A stretch of DNA of 64,000 bases from a virus (taxonomy: Duplodnaviria; Caudoviricetes), in IMG/VR virus record IMGVR_UViG_3300037424_001630, positions 1-64,000 of that record. One strand, 5' to 3'. This document shows positions 7,269 to 16,101 of this stretch, in pieces. The position numbers were made by a program, and so were the translations under genes. Within the stretch, counting starts at the first letter, position 1, and each line of letters starts with the position of its first letter. Under the pieces are notes generated by a model that was not told the origin of the DNA, ran no database searches, and worked only from the letters and a program-made list of their open reading frames with translations.

Positions 7269-9703
7269 TCCCCGAGCACTTTCGACAGTCGGCTGAGCAC
7301 AGGAAGCTCTGGGCGACCATGGAGTACCTGTGCGAGTGCGACCCCGCGGGACCGTTCCTTCACGGGGGCGTGGAGAAGAGCGCCGACCAGCACGGCTCCG
7401 CCAAGGCCGCCGCGGAGCGGCGCAGGACGGTCCTGGAGCACCGAGCCGCGGACGAGATGCGGGCGTACTTCCGCGAGGAGCGGGAGCACATCGTCCCCGC
7501 CGTTGCCAGGGGGGACTTCGAGACCGAGGTGGACGGGGACGGCGCCCTAGTCGTCACGTCGCTCCCGGCGCTCGACGCCCTCCGGGACGACCTGATAGAG
7601 GCGTACTGGTCCGTTTGGGGTGGCGCCGCGGACGAGTGGGCGAAGTGGGTGGCCGGGCACGCGCGGGACCGCGTTGCGAAGTACAGGGAGGACCAGGAGC
7701 GCGACGAGGACGGGCGCTGGGTGGACGAGGGGGGCGGTAGTCGCGGCTCGTGGGCGCGCGTCCAGGCGCGGGACTTCATCGCGGCGCGGAGCAAGACGAC
7801 CCGCCCCGGGTTCCTGTCGCACCTCGAGCCGGCGGACTTGAAGGACCACCGACTATACACGAACCCGGATAGTACGGTTGGGTTCGCTATTGACCCGAAG
7901 GGGGACGCGCAGAACCTCTTCAACAACGACGGGCCGCAGGGCGCCGGTACAATAGCGGTGTTCGACTCCGTCCGCAAGGGCGGGCGCACGCTCGACTGCT
8001 TCGACGGGTACCTTCCGCGCTTGTACACGCAGGCGGGGTTCGTCGAGACCGGGCGCATGAAGTTCGACGCGGACCAGGCGCCGGATGACTGGGACTACAG
8101 GAAGGACGACCAGCCGGACGTCGTGTTCATGGCGTGGAAAGGATGGCCAGACGATGATGAGCGACGAGCGGAAGACCGGGCGATCGGAGACAAGGACGGG
8201 TGGCTACCGTGGGTCGCCAGCACCCGGTACTACGACGACTACGGGAAGGCCAAGGAGGACTCCCGCGGAGGAGCGCTTCCTCGCCCAGATGGTGCGGCTG
8301 GGCGGGGGAAAGCCCCTCACCGTACAGGAGGAGAATCTGTCCATCCGGCAATGCCTCGAGCTGAACGGCACGCTGGAGTAGCGAAGGCCGACGAGCCGGC
8401 CTACGACTACGGCGCGCCGATCGACGCGTGGCTCCGGGAGAACGCGGGCAAGCGCATCGTCGGGATCAACGAGACGACCCGCAAGCGGATCGCCGCCGAG
8501 ATCGCCGCGGGCCGGGCGGCCGGCGAGACGCTCCGCCAGATCGCCAGGCGCATCGACAAGTTCTACCTCGAGGACATCATCCCGCACCGGAGCATGACCA
8601 TAGCCGTGACCGAGGTCGGGCACGCGGCGAACTGGTCGCAGAACTTCATCGCTGAGGACACGGCGGAGCGGGGCGTCCCGATGGAGAAGGAGTGGGGCGC
8701 CATCTTCGTGCGGACCCGGGAGGCGCACGAGGAGGCGGACGGTCAGCGCGTGCCGCTGGACGAGCCGTTCGACGTCGGCGGCGAGAAGATGATGTACCCG
8801 GGCGACGAGACGCTCGGGGCGGGGCCGGAGAACATCATCAACTGCCACTGCTTCGTGATGTACCACGTGGTCGACGAGGAGGCCAAGGCGAAGGCGGCCG
8901 AGGTGCCCGCGGCTCTGCCTACCCCGGCGGAGTTCGCCAAGACCGTCCTCGGGGTCGAGAACTCCGACGTGGTCACGGCTCTGGCGTTCGCGCGGGGCGT
9001 GTTCTCCGAGGGGGACGACTGGGTGCGGGCGCGGAAGACTGTCATGAAGCACGTCCGCCAGCTCCGGCGCGCGGCGCCCGTCGAGAAGTACGAGGAGGGC
9101 GAGCACCCCAGGGACGAGCGGGGTCGGTGGACCGACTCCGGCGCCGCTGAAGCCTCTCCGAGCGCTCCGGGCGACCCCATCCCCGGCAGGGCTGATGTCG
9201 TCCGGCAGCGCGTCCGAGAAGCGGAGCGCGCCCACGCCCATGCCTCGGTCGAGCATGCCCGGGTCGTCTCGCGTTCCGGCGCCGTGTTGTTCGACAGGTC
9301 TGACGGGGCCGCCAGCAGCATCGACTTCACCCCCGCGGACATGTGGACGTTCCGGGACAACAGAGGCGCGGTGCTGACGCACAACCATCCGGGCGGCGAC
9401 AGCTTCAGCAAGGACGACATCGCGTTCGCGCGCCAGGCGGGGCTGTCGGAGATCCGGGCGTCGACCCGCGACGCCGTGTTCTCCATGCGGCCCGGCCCGC
9501 GCGGCTGGCCCTACACCGACGACGTCTTCATGTGGCACTTGGAGGTGGACGCGGCGGTCGTGCTCGAGATCAACACGAAAGTCGCGGAGGGACTCGGCAT
9601 CAGCGAGGCGTACCGCATGCACTTCGACGAGGTGTGGAGGCGAATAGCCGCGGCCCACCCCGAGCACCTCGTGTACAGCAAGGAGGCGACGAGAAATGCC
9701 TGA
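7265..9703 (+). CDS. MuF (SPP1 gp7-like) head morphogenesis protein fused to GNAT-like and JAB/MPN-like cargo domains
   Basis: MuF core RIVGINETTRKRIAAEI...RSMTIAVTEVG...KEWGA...TREAHEEADGQRVPLDEPFDVGGEKMMYPGD...NIINCHC; two tag copies (7679, 9086); LDCFDGYLPRLYTQAGF GNAT-like block; THNHPGGDSFSKDD JAB-like motif. Confidence 0.88.
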   Translation: MIPEHFRQSAEHRKLWATMEYLCECDPAGPFLHGGVEKSADQHGSAKAAAERRRTVLEHRAADEMRAYFREEREHIVPAVARGDFETEVDGDGALVVTSLPALDALRDDLIEAYWSVWGGAADEWAKWVAGHARDRVAKYREDQERDEDGRWVDEGGGSRGSWARVQARDFIAARSKTTRPGFLSHLEPADLKDHRLYTNPDSTVGFAIDPKGDAQNLFNNDGPQGAGTIAVFDSVRKGGRTLDCFDGYLPRLYTQAGFVETGRMKFDADQAPDDWDYRKDDQPDVVFMAWKGWPDDDERRAEDRAIGDKDGWLPWVASTRYYDDYGKAKEDSRGGALPRPDGAAGRGKAPHRTGGESVHPAMPRAERHAGVAKADEPAYDYGAPIDAWLRENAGKRIVGINETTRKRIAAEIAAGRAAGETLRQIARRIDKFYLEDIIPHRSMTIAVTEVGHAANWSQNFIAEDTAERGVPMEKEWGAIFVRTREAHEEADGQRVPLDEPFDVGGEKMMYPGDETLGAGPENIINCHCFVMYHVVDEEAKAKAAEVPAALPTPAEFAKTVLGVENSDVVTALAFARGVFSEGDDWVRARKTVMKHVRQLRRAAPVEKYEEGEHPRDERGRWTDSGAAEASPSAPGDPIPGRADVVRQRVREAERAHAHASVEHARVVSRSGAVLFDRSDGAASSIDFTPADMWTFRDNRGAVLTHNHPGGDSFSKDDIAFARQAGLSEIRASTRDAVFSMRPGPRGWPYTDDVFMWHLEVDAAVVLEINTKVAEGLGISEAYRMHFDEVWRRIAAAHPEHLVYSKEATRNA

Positions 9704-9806
9704 GACACCGGACGGGGGATGGCACCTCGACGACGCGCAGGAGAACCCGTACGCCAAGAAGCCGACCCCAGCGCAGGACGACCATGAGGGCGACGATGAT
9801 GAGTAA
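9696..9806 (+). CDS. 36-aa acidic peptide (MPETPDGGWHLDD...) downstream of the JAB domain
   Basis: Follows AAGGAGG SD; overlaps MuF stop and next start; DGGWxLDD also begins ORF 21579, which follows the other JAB copy. Confidence 0.55.
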   Translation: MPETPDGGWHLDDAQENPYAKKPTPAQDDHEGDDDE

Positions 9807-10299
9807 CTCGGACCGCACCCTGACGCTCCTGGGAGCCACCGACCGCGCCGGCGCGATCCTGGCGAACTTCTGCGCCGCTCTTGGCAAGGAGCAGACGCTC
9901 GCCTGCTACGGCTGGATGTCCCCGCCGCGGGAGGCCCGGTGGGGGGAGACATTCTACGAGTTCGTCGACTCCGTCGGTGGCGTGGCGTGGTCGAGTCTGT
10001 CGGAGTACCCGAAGGAGCCGGGGTACTACGAGCTCGCGCTCGGAGTGTGGCCCTACCAGCAGGGGCTCGGGTGGAGGCGCCAGGTCCTCGACCTGACGGT
10101 CCGGGCGGCGTTCGGGACCCTGGGCGCTCACCTGGTGAGCATGCTGGTCCTGGACACGTGCCGGGTGCATCACGCGATCTGCCTCGACGAGTGGTCCCGC
10201 GGTGTCAGCCCGTGGGTGCTCGCCGGGCGCGTCTGGCACCCGGTGAAGTACAGCATATTCTCGTACGCGCGACCCGCGGAGTACCGCTCCTCCGGATAG
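9799..10299 (+). CDS. Putative GNAT acetyltransferase
   Basis: YELALGVWPYQQGLGWRRQVL resembles the GNAT acetyl-CoA-binding motif A. Confidence 0.55.
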   Translation: MSNSDRTLTLLGATDRAGAILANFCAALGKEQTLACYGWMSPPREARWGETFYEFVDSVGGVAWSSLSEYPKEPGYYELALGVWPYQQGLGWRRQVLDLTVRAAFGTLGAHLVSMLVLDTCRVHHAICLDEWSRGVSPWVLAGRVWHPVKYSIFSYARPAEYRSSG

Positions 10300-10321
10300 G
10301 AAGGGCACGGAGGTGACGGTC

Positions 10322-10453
10322 ATGAAGAGGAAGTGGTACGTGAACTGGGAGCTCCTGCTCGTGGGCGCCGGTCTGGTCCTGTTCTGGTGGGGCGTCTTCC
10401 GGCTGGTTCCCGTGGCGGCTCGACTGTGGGGGGCGGGCTGGGATGGGCTTTGA
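10322..10453 (+). CDS. Small membrane protein
   Basis: SD GGAGG; MKRKWYVNWELLLVGAGLVLFWWGVF hydrophobic stretch. Confidence 0.45.
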   Translation: MKRKWYVNWELLLVGAGLVLFWWGVFRLVPVAARLWGAGWDGL

Positions 10454-10805
10454 GAACAACTCCTGCCACCTGTGCGGGGTCCAGCTGGCGCCGGACGACT
10501 TCGACGCGGTGTGCTCCGTGTGCGACGAGGAGGGCGAGGAGATGATGACGAACCCGGATGGCGGGTGGCGGTCCGGTCCCAGAGTGGCCCGGCCGACTCA
10601 GTCTGTGCGCGGGTGGCTCGGGCGGCTGGTGACGGCGGAGGTGCGCTCGTACTACGCCGAGCACGGGGGCGACTTCAACCTGGAGATATGGGCTCCCGTG
10701 TACAGGGCGGCGCGGGCCGGGTGGCGCCGCGGGTTCCTGGTCGGGCTGGTGGTCGGCTACCTTGCCGCGTCGCTGTCGGTCTGGCTGATGCTCCTGGAGC
10801 CGTAG
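10443..10805 (+). CDS. Hypothetical protein with CxxC...CxxC and C-terminal TM helix
   Basis: CHLC...CSVC; FLVGLVVGYLAASLSVWLMLL. Confidence 0.5.
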   Translation: MGFENNSCHLCGVQLAPDDFDAVCSVCDEEGEEMMTNPDGGWRSGPRVARPTQSVRGWLGRLVTAEVRSYYAEHGGDFNLEIWAPVYRAARAGWRRGFLVGLVVGYLAASLSVWLMLLEP

Positions 10806-10806
10806 G

Positions 10807-10995
10807 GTGTCCGCCTCCTGGCTCTTCCTCCTCGCGGCGACCGTGCCCGTGGTGGCGTCGCTCCTGTGGGTGAACGGCTCCCTCATGGGCGAGAAGCTGG
10901 AGATCGTCCGGCAGGCGCAGGTGGAGCGGGCGGACTACAAGTCGTGCGCCGCGGAGCTGGCGGCTCTGAGGTCCAGGAGGGCGAGGCCATGGTGA
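10807..10995 (+). CDS. Small membrane protein
   Basis: N-terminal hydrophobic helix; closely packed with neighbours. Confidence 0.4.
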   Translation: MSASWLFLLAATVPVVASLLWVNGSLMGEKLEIVRQAQVERADYKSCAAELAALRSRRARPW

Positions 10996-11315
10996 TGATG
11001 GGGGACGTGAGGTATGTCAAGCCTTGGCGTTACTCTCTCCGGGACCGTGTCGGCGCGGGGTACCCGGGCGACGCGCTTCAGCTGTGGGGTTGCTGGGTCT
11101 GGTACGGCATGCCGTACCTCAACGAGCGGGTCTACTGGGTCGGCGGGCGCTGCGCGGCGGGGTGTCACTCCGTCGGTCACTTTGTCACCAACCTGGAGAT
11201 GGACAGCCTGGACCCCGCCGACCTCGCGGAGCTGATGTCCAGCTTCGCCCGAGACATGTTGTCCGACCTCGCCGTCGCCCATTTCATGCGCTCGCCGGAG
11301 CCAGACACGCGGTGA
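10989..11315 (+). CDS. Hypothetical protein
   Basis: SD AGGAGG; overlaps neighbours; GC3-rich codons. Confidence 0.45.
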   Translation: MVMMGDVRYVKPWRYSLRDRVGAGYPGDALQLWGCWVWYGMPYLNERVYWVGGRCAAGCHSVGHFVTNLEMDSLDPADLAELMSSFARDMLSDLAVAHFMRSPEPDTR

Positions 11316-11539
11316 CCTTCACGGAGGACCAGGCGGCCGACCTGATCCTGGAGGGGAACGCGTTCCGCAGCGTCAAGGAGCCCGGCTCCTGGCGCGTACG
11401 GGTCTGCCTGTGGCGCCCGGTGGATGTCGGGACGGAGCGCGCGGGGCCCGAGGACGCGGCGGTCCTCGAGCGGGTCGCTATGACGCTCGGCTTTCCCTCC
11501 CGTACTTCCCATGCTGAGGGTGGCGAAGGCGGGATATGA
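11312..11539 (+). CDS. Hypothetical protein
   Basis: GTGA coupling to upstream ORF. Confidence 0.4.
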   Translation: MTFTEDQAADLILEGNAFRSVKEPGSWRVRVCLWRPVDVGTERAGPEDAAVLERVAMTLGFPSRTSHAEGGEGGI

Positions 11540-11599
11540 TGGTGTGCGGGAAGTTTTCGGGTCTTCGTAGTTAAACAACTTACGGGAGGCGACGTACAG

Positions 11600-12493
11600 A
11601 TGACGAGATCGAGGTGGGTGAGAAGCTTCACGAGGTTCTTGTTCTTGGCGGTCGCGGCGGCGGCCTTCGCCGTGTTCCCGGTCATCGGCGACGTGGCCTA
11701 CGCCGGCAAGCCGAGCGGCGCCCCGGGCAACAGCGGGGCCGGCGGCAACTCGGGCGGGGGCAATTCGGGCGGGACGGGGTCCAGCAACGGGACGTCCCAC
11801 TCGGGAGGCGTCGGGGGTGGCGGCGGCAACCCGGGGGGTGGTACTGGCGGGGGAGGGTCGACTGGTGGAGGTGGCAACTCCGGGGGCGGCGGGTCGACTG
11901 GTGGAGGTGGCAACTCCGGGGGTGGTGGGTCGACGGGTGGCGGTGGGTCGACGGGTGGCGGTGGGTCGACGGGTGGTGGTGGGTCGACTGGCGGGGGTGG
12001 CAACTCCGGTGGGGGCGGCAACTCCGGTGGGGGCGGCAACTCCGGTGGGGGCGGCAACTCCGGCGCGGCAGGTCCCGGCGGTGTCAGCCCTGCCGGTTCC
12101 GGCAGCGCCTCGGGAGGCATCTCCGGGGGCGACGCGTCCGGCGGCGGCGACGGTGGACCGAGCGCGGGCTCGGGGTCTCGGTCCCCGGGTTCCGGGTCCG
12201 TGAAGCAGACTCCCGGCAAGAAGGTGGGCTTCCTCACGGCGGCTCAGGCAGCCACGGCAGACGCGGCGTCGGGGTGCCTGGGGAGCATAGCGTTCACGAT
12301 CATAGACGTCAACGTGGTGAACTCCGACGGGTCGTTCGGGTGGTCGACGCCCGGCCCGGTCGGGCACAGCGCCGACTTCATACGCTGCATGCGCGCCCTG
12401 GGGTACACGTTCGGGGCTACCATGCCCGCGTATGACCGACGCGCTCCGGCGTTCACGGCTCCGTACTTCGAGACGGGTACTCAAACGCCTTAA
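11600..12493 (+). CDS. Secreted glycine-rich repeat protein
   Basis: Signal peptide (FLFLAVAAAAFAVFPVIGDVAYA); tandem GGGSTG/GGGNSG repeats about 11740-12065; C-terminal domain with two Cys. Confidence 0.7.
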   Translation: MTRSRWVRSFTRFLFLAVAAAAFAVFPVIGDVAYAGKPSGAPGNSGAGGNSGGGNSGGTGSSNGTSHSGGVGGGGGNPGGGTGGGGSTGGGGNSGGGGSTGGGGNSGGGGSTGGGGSTGGGGSTGGGGSTGGGGNSGGGGNSGGGGNSGGGGNSGAAGPGGVSPAGSGSASGGISGGDASGGGDGGPSAGSGSRSPGSGSVKQTPGKKVGFLTAAQAATADAASGCLGSIAFTIIDVNVVNSDGSFGWSTPGPVGHSADFIRCMRALGYTFGATMPAYDRRAPAFTAPYFETGTQTP

Positions 12494-12505
12494 TGGCTTC
12501 AGTGG

Positions 12506-12536
12506 GAGGGGCGGTCGGCGTTCCCGGCCGCCCCTC
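12506..12536 (+). terminator. Strong GC hairpin after the Gly-rich gene
   Basis: gaggggcggtcgg-cgttc-ccggccgcccctc, 13-bp stem with one G-U, followed by aattt. Confidence 0.55.
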
Positions 12537-12556
12537 AATTTGAAGGAGGGACTGCG

Positions 12557-12778
12557 GTGGCGGGGGACGTCGAGGTCAGGAACGGGCAGGCGGAGTCCAA
12601 CGGGGGCTGCAACGGGTGCTTCGCAGGCCGGGGGAGGGTCTTCATAATTCGCGCCAGCTACGGCGAGCTCCGACTCTGCCCCACCGAGCTCCGACTCTGC
12701 CCCACCTGCGCCTCGCTTCTGGTCGGGGCACTGAGAGATCACGGCGTCAGGGGCGCCAAGAGGGGGGAGTCGAAGTGA
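12557..12778 (+). CDS. Small Cys-containing hypothetical protein with a tandem 7-aa duplication
   Basis: SD AAGGAGG; CNGC and CPTC; ELRLCPT repeated twice. Confidence 0.5.
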   Translation: MAGDVEVRNGQAESNGGCNGCFAGRGRVFIIRASYGELRLCPTELRLCPTCASLLVGALRDHGVRGAKRGESK

Positions 12779-13377
12779 GCGGGCTCAGGATCAACCCCGA
12801 GTCGGCGCTGGACGGGGCCTCGCGGCATCGCCCGTGGCCGCCCCCGCCGCGGCCGGTGACGCTCGTCTTCGTGGACTGCGAGGCGTCGGGGCCGTGCCCC
12901 GGGTGGGGCGTCTGCACCGAGTTCGGGGCGGTCGAGTACATACCGATCGACGACCCGAGGCGCGCGGGCGACTTCGGCGGGGAGGACTTCCCGCGCGGCC
13001 CGGTCGGGAGGACGTTCAGGGGCGTCGTGTACAGCCGCGACGGGAAGGTCCTGCTGAACGACCCGGTCACGGTCTGGTCGTCGTTCGACGTCTGGCTCCG
13101 CGAGGTGCGCGGGGCTGGGGGCGCGGTGTCCATGGTGACGGACAACCCCGCCTTCGACTGGCAGTGGGTCAACGCGGGGCTCTGGGGGTCGACCGGGAGC
13201 AACGTCCTCGGGCACTCCGCCAGGCGCATCGGCGACTTCTACGCCGGCCTGACGGGCGACTTCCGCAACACGCAGCGGTGGAAGCGCCTGCGCGTGACCG
13301 AGCACGACCACGACCCGGTGCACGACGCCGCGGGCAACTGCGAGGCGTTCGACAGGATCCTCAGGGGGGAGCGATGA
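12775..13377 (+). CDS. DEDDh 3'-5' exonuclease-like protein
   Basis: VFVDCEASG (ExoI), TDNPAFDWQWV (ExoII), HDPVHDA (ExoIII). Confidence 0.75.
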   Translation: MSGLRINPESALDGASRHRPWPPPPRPVTLVFVDCEASGPCPGWGVCTEFGAVEYIPIDDPRRAGDFGGEDFPRGPVGRTFRGVVYSRDGKVLLNDPVTVWSSFDVWLREVRGAGGAVSMVTDNPAFDWQWVNAGLWGSTGSNVLGHSARRIGDFYAGLTGDFRNTQRWKRLRVTEHDHDPVHDAAGNCEAFDRILRGER

Positions 13378-13670
13378 AGGGCAGCCCGTTGCGCGTCATA
13401 AGGTACTCGCCGCGGACGAAGAGCGAGCCGATCACCGCGAGGACGTACGATGTCCTGCTCGCCGAGCTCGAGCGGGCCTATCCGGGCAAGTGGCGCCGGG
13501 CGGTCGACGTAACCCCCGTGGCGGTCTGCAAGACCGTGGACAACGAGGCCGACGCTCTGGAGACGATCCGGCGTATCCGCACGACCCCAGGAGCGCCTCG
13601 GGGGTCTGGCATGACCCCAGCGGCGCGGGAGCTGAGGCGTCGGGCGAGGGTGGCGGAAGACGAGGGGTAG
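13374..13670 (+). CDS. Hypothetical protein
   Basis: ATGA coupling to the exonuclease gene. Confidence 0.4.
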   Translation: MKGSPLRVIRYSPRTKSEPITARTYDVLLAELERAYPGKWRRAVDVTPVAVCKTVDNEADALETIRRIRTTPGAPRGSGMTPAARELRRRARVAEDEG

Positions 13671-13758
13671 TTAAAGAATTTAACAGCCGGGACCCGGGGT
13701 TGTACGCGGGTCGCGGACTACCCTAGTGGGCGAGTAGTACATGGGAGGTACGGGAGCC

Positions 13759-14031
13759 GTGACCTGGAACTACCGGCTGGTGTACCGGAAGGACTGCAAG
13801 ACAGCCCCCGGCGCGGGGGAGGGCGTGTACGCCGTACACGAGGTGCACTACGCCGACGACGGGGCGCCGGTCATGGTGACGGAGAGCGCGGTCGGCGTGG
13901 TCGGCGAGACTCCCGAGGAGGCCGCGGAGGCGTACAGGATGATGGGCGAGGCGTTCCGGGCGCCCGTGCTGGAGTACGACGACTTCTTGCACGGCGGCCG
14001 GTTCTGCCGGCCGCTGGAGCGGAGGGTCTAG
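13759..14031 (+). CDS. Hypothetical phage protein
   Basis: WNYRLVYR...YAVHEVHYADDG...GETPEE pattern; start may be 13741 or 13759. Confidence 0.55.
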   Translation: MTWNYRLVYRKDCKTAPGAGEGVYAVHEVHYADDGAPVMVTESAVGVVGETPEEAAEAYRMMGEAFRAPVLEYDDFLHGGRFCRPLERRV

Positions 14032-14033
14032 CA

Positions 14034-14234
14034 GTGGAGGCGGTGCGCCCGATGCAGGTCTGGGAGTCGTGCGACAAGCGCGAGTGGGGGCGCCGGGTCG
14101 TTGTCGAGCGGGTCGAGGGTGAGTACGCGGTGTGTCGCGGGTGGGCGGACGGGATGCCGAAGAGTCCCCGGCGCCGCATCCGCCTGGACAGGTTCAGGCC
14201 GAACGCGACCGGGTACAAGCTCGTCAGGGCGTGA
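14034..14234 (+). CDS. Small hypothetical phage protein
   Basis: QVWESCDKREWGRRVVVERV...RRIRLDRFRP; GC3-rich codons. Confidence 0.5.
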   Translation: MEAVRPMQVWESCDKREWGRRVVVERVEGEYAVCRGWADGMPKSPRRRIRLDRFRPNATGYKLVRA

Positions 14235-14298
14235 GAGGTACATGCGGTCGGGATATACAGAGTAAGGACAGCAGTTCACTCATACCAGGAGGCGACAA

Positions 14299-15003
14299 AT
14301 GAACGGGGAGCGGCAGCCTTTCGGTGAGCGCGGGGAACGGCGGCAGGAGTGGGTCAAGACCGGCGAGTTGAAGTTGCTCAGCTACAACGCCGCCGGAAGG
14401 ACGGACGAGTCGAAGCTGGCGGCTCTCCAGGACAGCATCAAGAAGTACGGCGTGATCGATGCCATTCACGTCTGCGGCGAAGACGGGATGGTGCTGGAGG
14501 GCAACCGGCGCTACACCGCGGCGAGGTTGCTCGGGATCCCTGAGATGCTGGCCTGGGCCTACTACGGGCTGAGCGAGGCGGAGAAGAAGCGCCTCGTCGC
14601 GGACGTGAACATCAACAAGAGGGCCCACACGGGACCCGAGAAGTTCGAGGAGGAACTCAAGGGGTCGGGCCCGGTCTGGGGGAAGATCAGCAAGTCCTTC
14701 GCGGAGCACAAGCGGCTGTTCGGCATCCCCAGGCTCAAGGAGCTGATCCTCGACCACCACATCGGCCCCGACGGGCTCGCCCTCTGCAAGCGGGCCGCCG
14801 CGTTCACCGGGCGAGTTCCGTACGACACGTGGGTCAAGGCCATCATGAACTGGAAAATCAAGCACAATCAGCACTACGTCTTGACTCATCTGCTCAACAA
14901 GCGCATCCTGCTCGGGAAGGACGGCGGGGAGTCTGTCAGGCAGAAGTTGATCCGCCGCGTCGAGGCGGACAAGCCGTACTACCGGGAAGACGGGAAGAAG
15001 TAG
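14299..15003 (+). CDS. ParB/Srx N-terminal domain protein
   Basis: SD AGGAGG; LQDSIKKYGVIDAIHV...VLEGNRRYTAARLLG. Confidence 0.75.
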   Translation: MNGERQPFGERGERRQEWVKTGELKLLSYNAAGRTDESKLAALQDSIKKYGVIDAIHVCGEDGMVLEGNRRYTAARLLGIPEMLAWAYYGLSEAEKKRLVADVNINKRAHTGPEKFEEELKGSGPVWGKISKSFAEHKRLFGIPRLKELILDHHIGPDGLALCKRAAAFTGRVPYDTWVKAIMNWKIKHNQHYVLTHLLNKRILLGKDGGESVRQKLIRRVEADKPYYREDGKK

Positions 15004-15039
15004 GGGTCGGGCTCGCATCGCTTTGCAGGGGTGGTGTCA

Positions 15040-15984
15040 ATGCAAACACGCGTCCGCTCCACGGGCGAGCTGGAAGTGAAACCCTTCCCCCCTGCTCCAG
15101 TCTCGACACCGCTGTTCGAGATCGACCCGGCGCGGATCCGCATCGAGCCAACTCCAACACCGGAGGTGGCGAGGTTGCAGCCATTGATGTCCAGGGCGGT
15201 CTGGCGCCCCTACGGTCGGCGCCTCGCCTTCAAGGTCACGCACGACAGCGCGCTCCTGGGGATCGTGTTCCTTACGTGCCCGGTCATTCAGATGACCGCG
15301 AGGGACGAGGCGTTCGCCAAGCGGCGCTACCCCGGGATGCTTCCGCTCCCAGGGAAAGGCCAGGTGGACGAGCAGGGACGAAAGCGCACTGAGGTCCTGA
15401 AACACTACGCCGAGATGTCAATCTGCGTCGGGGCGCAGCCGATTAGTTGGTACTGGAACCTCGGAAAACTCTGCGCTGTGTTGGCCGCTACGCTCAAGGA
15501 CGAGTGGTACGCTCACGCGTGGGCTTCAGAACCCCGGCATGTTGAACTGTTCGGGATCACCACCACGTCGCTGTGGGGCCACGCGGGCGGGGGCGGGTCT
15601 GGGACGCAGTACAATCGAGTCTACAGGTACCTCGGGGAAACGGTGGGGTTCGGGCACGCGCATATTTCTGACGAGACTTACCACACGATGCTGGGATTCA
15701 TGCGCGCCCGCGGGGCTGAGGTGCCATCGTCGAAGTTCGGCGCTGGGTGCAATTCACGGATGCGCCGGATACTCGCGTACCGCAAGGTGAGCGGCGACAA
15801 GGACATCACGCTGCGCCACGGACAACGGCGGGGCGTCTACTACTGTCCGGCGCGTCCGACCGCGGAGCGCGCCCGCGTGATTCAGGAGTGGTACGACCGC
15901 TGGGGGCTCCCACGCTACCTGCGAACACGGGGCCGGGCCACGCCGTACCAGAGCGGTACTGATTTGCCACCTGGGGCAACATGA
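15040..15984 (+). CDS. DUF4338/Druantia DruA-like protein
   Basis: LLGIVFLTCPVIQMTARD, AQPISWYWNLGKLCA, ITTTSLWG...QYNRVYRYLGETVGFG pattern recalled from the DUF4338 family. Confidence 0.6.
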   Translation: MQTRVRSTGELEVKPFPPAPVSTPLFEIDPARIRIEPTPTPEVARLQPLMSRAVWRPYGRRLAFKVTHDSALLGIVFLTCPVIQMTARDEAFAKRRYPGMLPLPGKGQVDEQGRKRTEVLKHYAEMSICVGAQPISWYWNLGKLCAVLAATLKDEWYAHAWASEPRHVELFGITTTSLWGHAGGGGSGTQYNRVYRYLGETVGFGHAHISDETYHTMLGFMRARGAEVPSSKFGAGCNSRMRRILAYRKVSGDKDITLRHGQRRGVYYCPARPTAERARVIQEWYDRWGLPRYLRTRGRATPYQSGTDLPPGAT

Positions 15985-15998
15985 CTGCCCCCACACAC

Positions 15999-16074
15999 GC
16001 GGCGCTAGCTCAACTGGAAGAGCAGCGGTTTCGTAAACCGCCGGTTGGAGGTTCGAGTCCTCCGCGCCGCGCCA
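15999..16074 (+). tRNA. trnT: tRNA-Thr(CGT)
   Basis: Complete cloverleaf: acceptor GCGGCGC/GCGCCGC, D-stem GCTC/GAGC, anticodon loop TT-CGT-AA, T-loop TTCGAGT, encoded CCA. Confidence 0.93.
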
Positions 16075-16101
16075 CTCGAAGTCGTGTTGGATAGTGTGGA
16101 T

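Noticed and set aside
15040-15984. Complete Druantia defence system
   Set aside because: No DruE-like large helicase or other dru genes nearby
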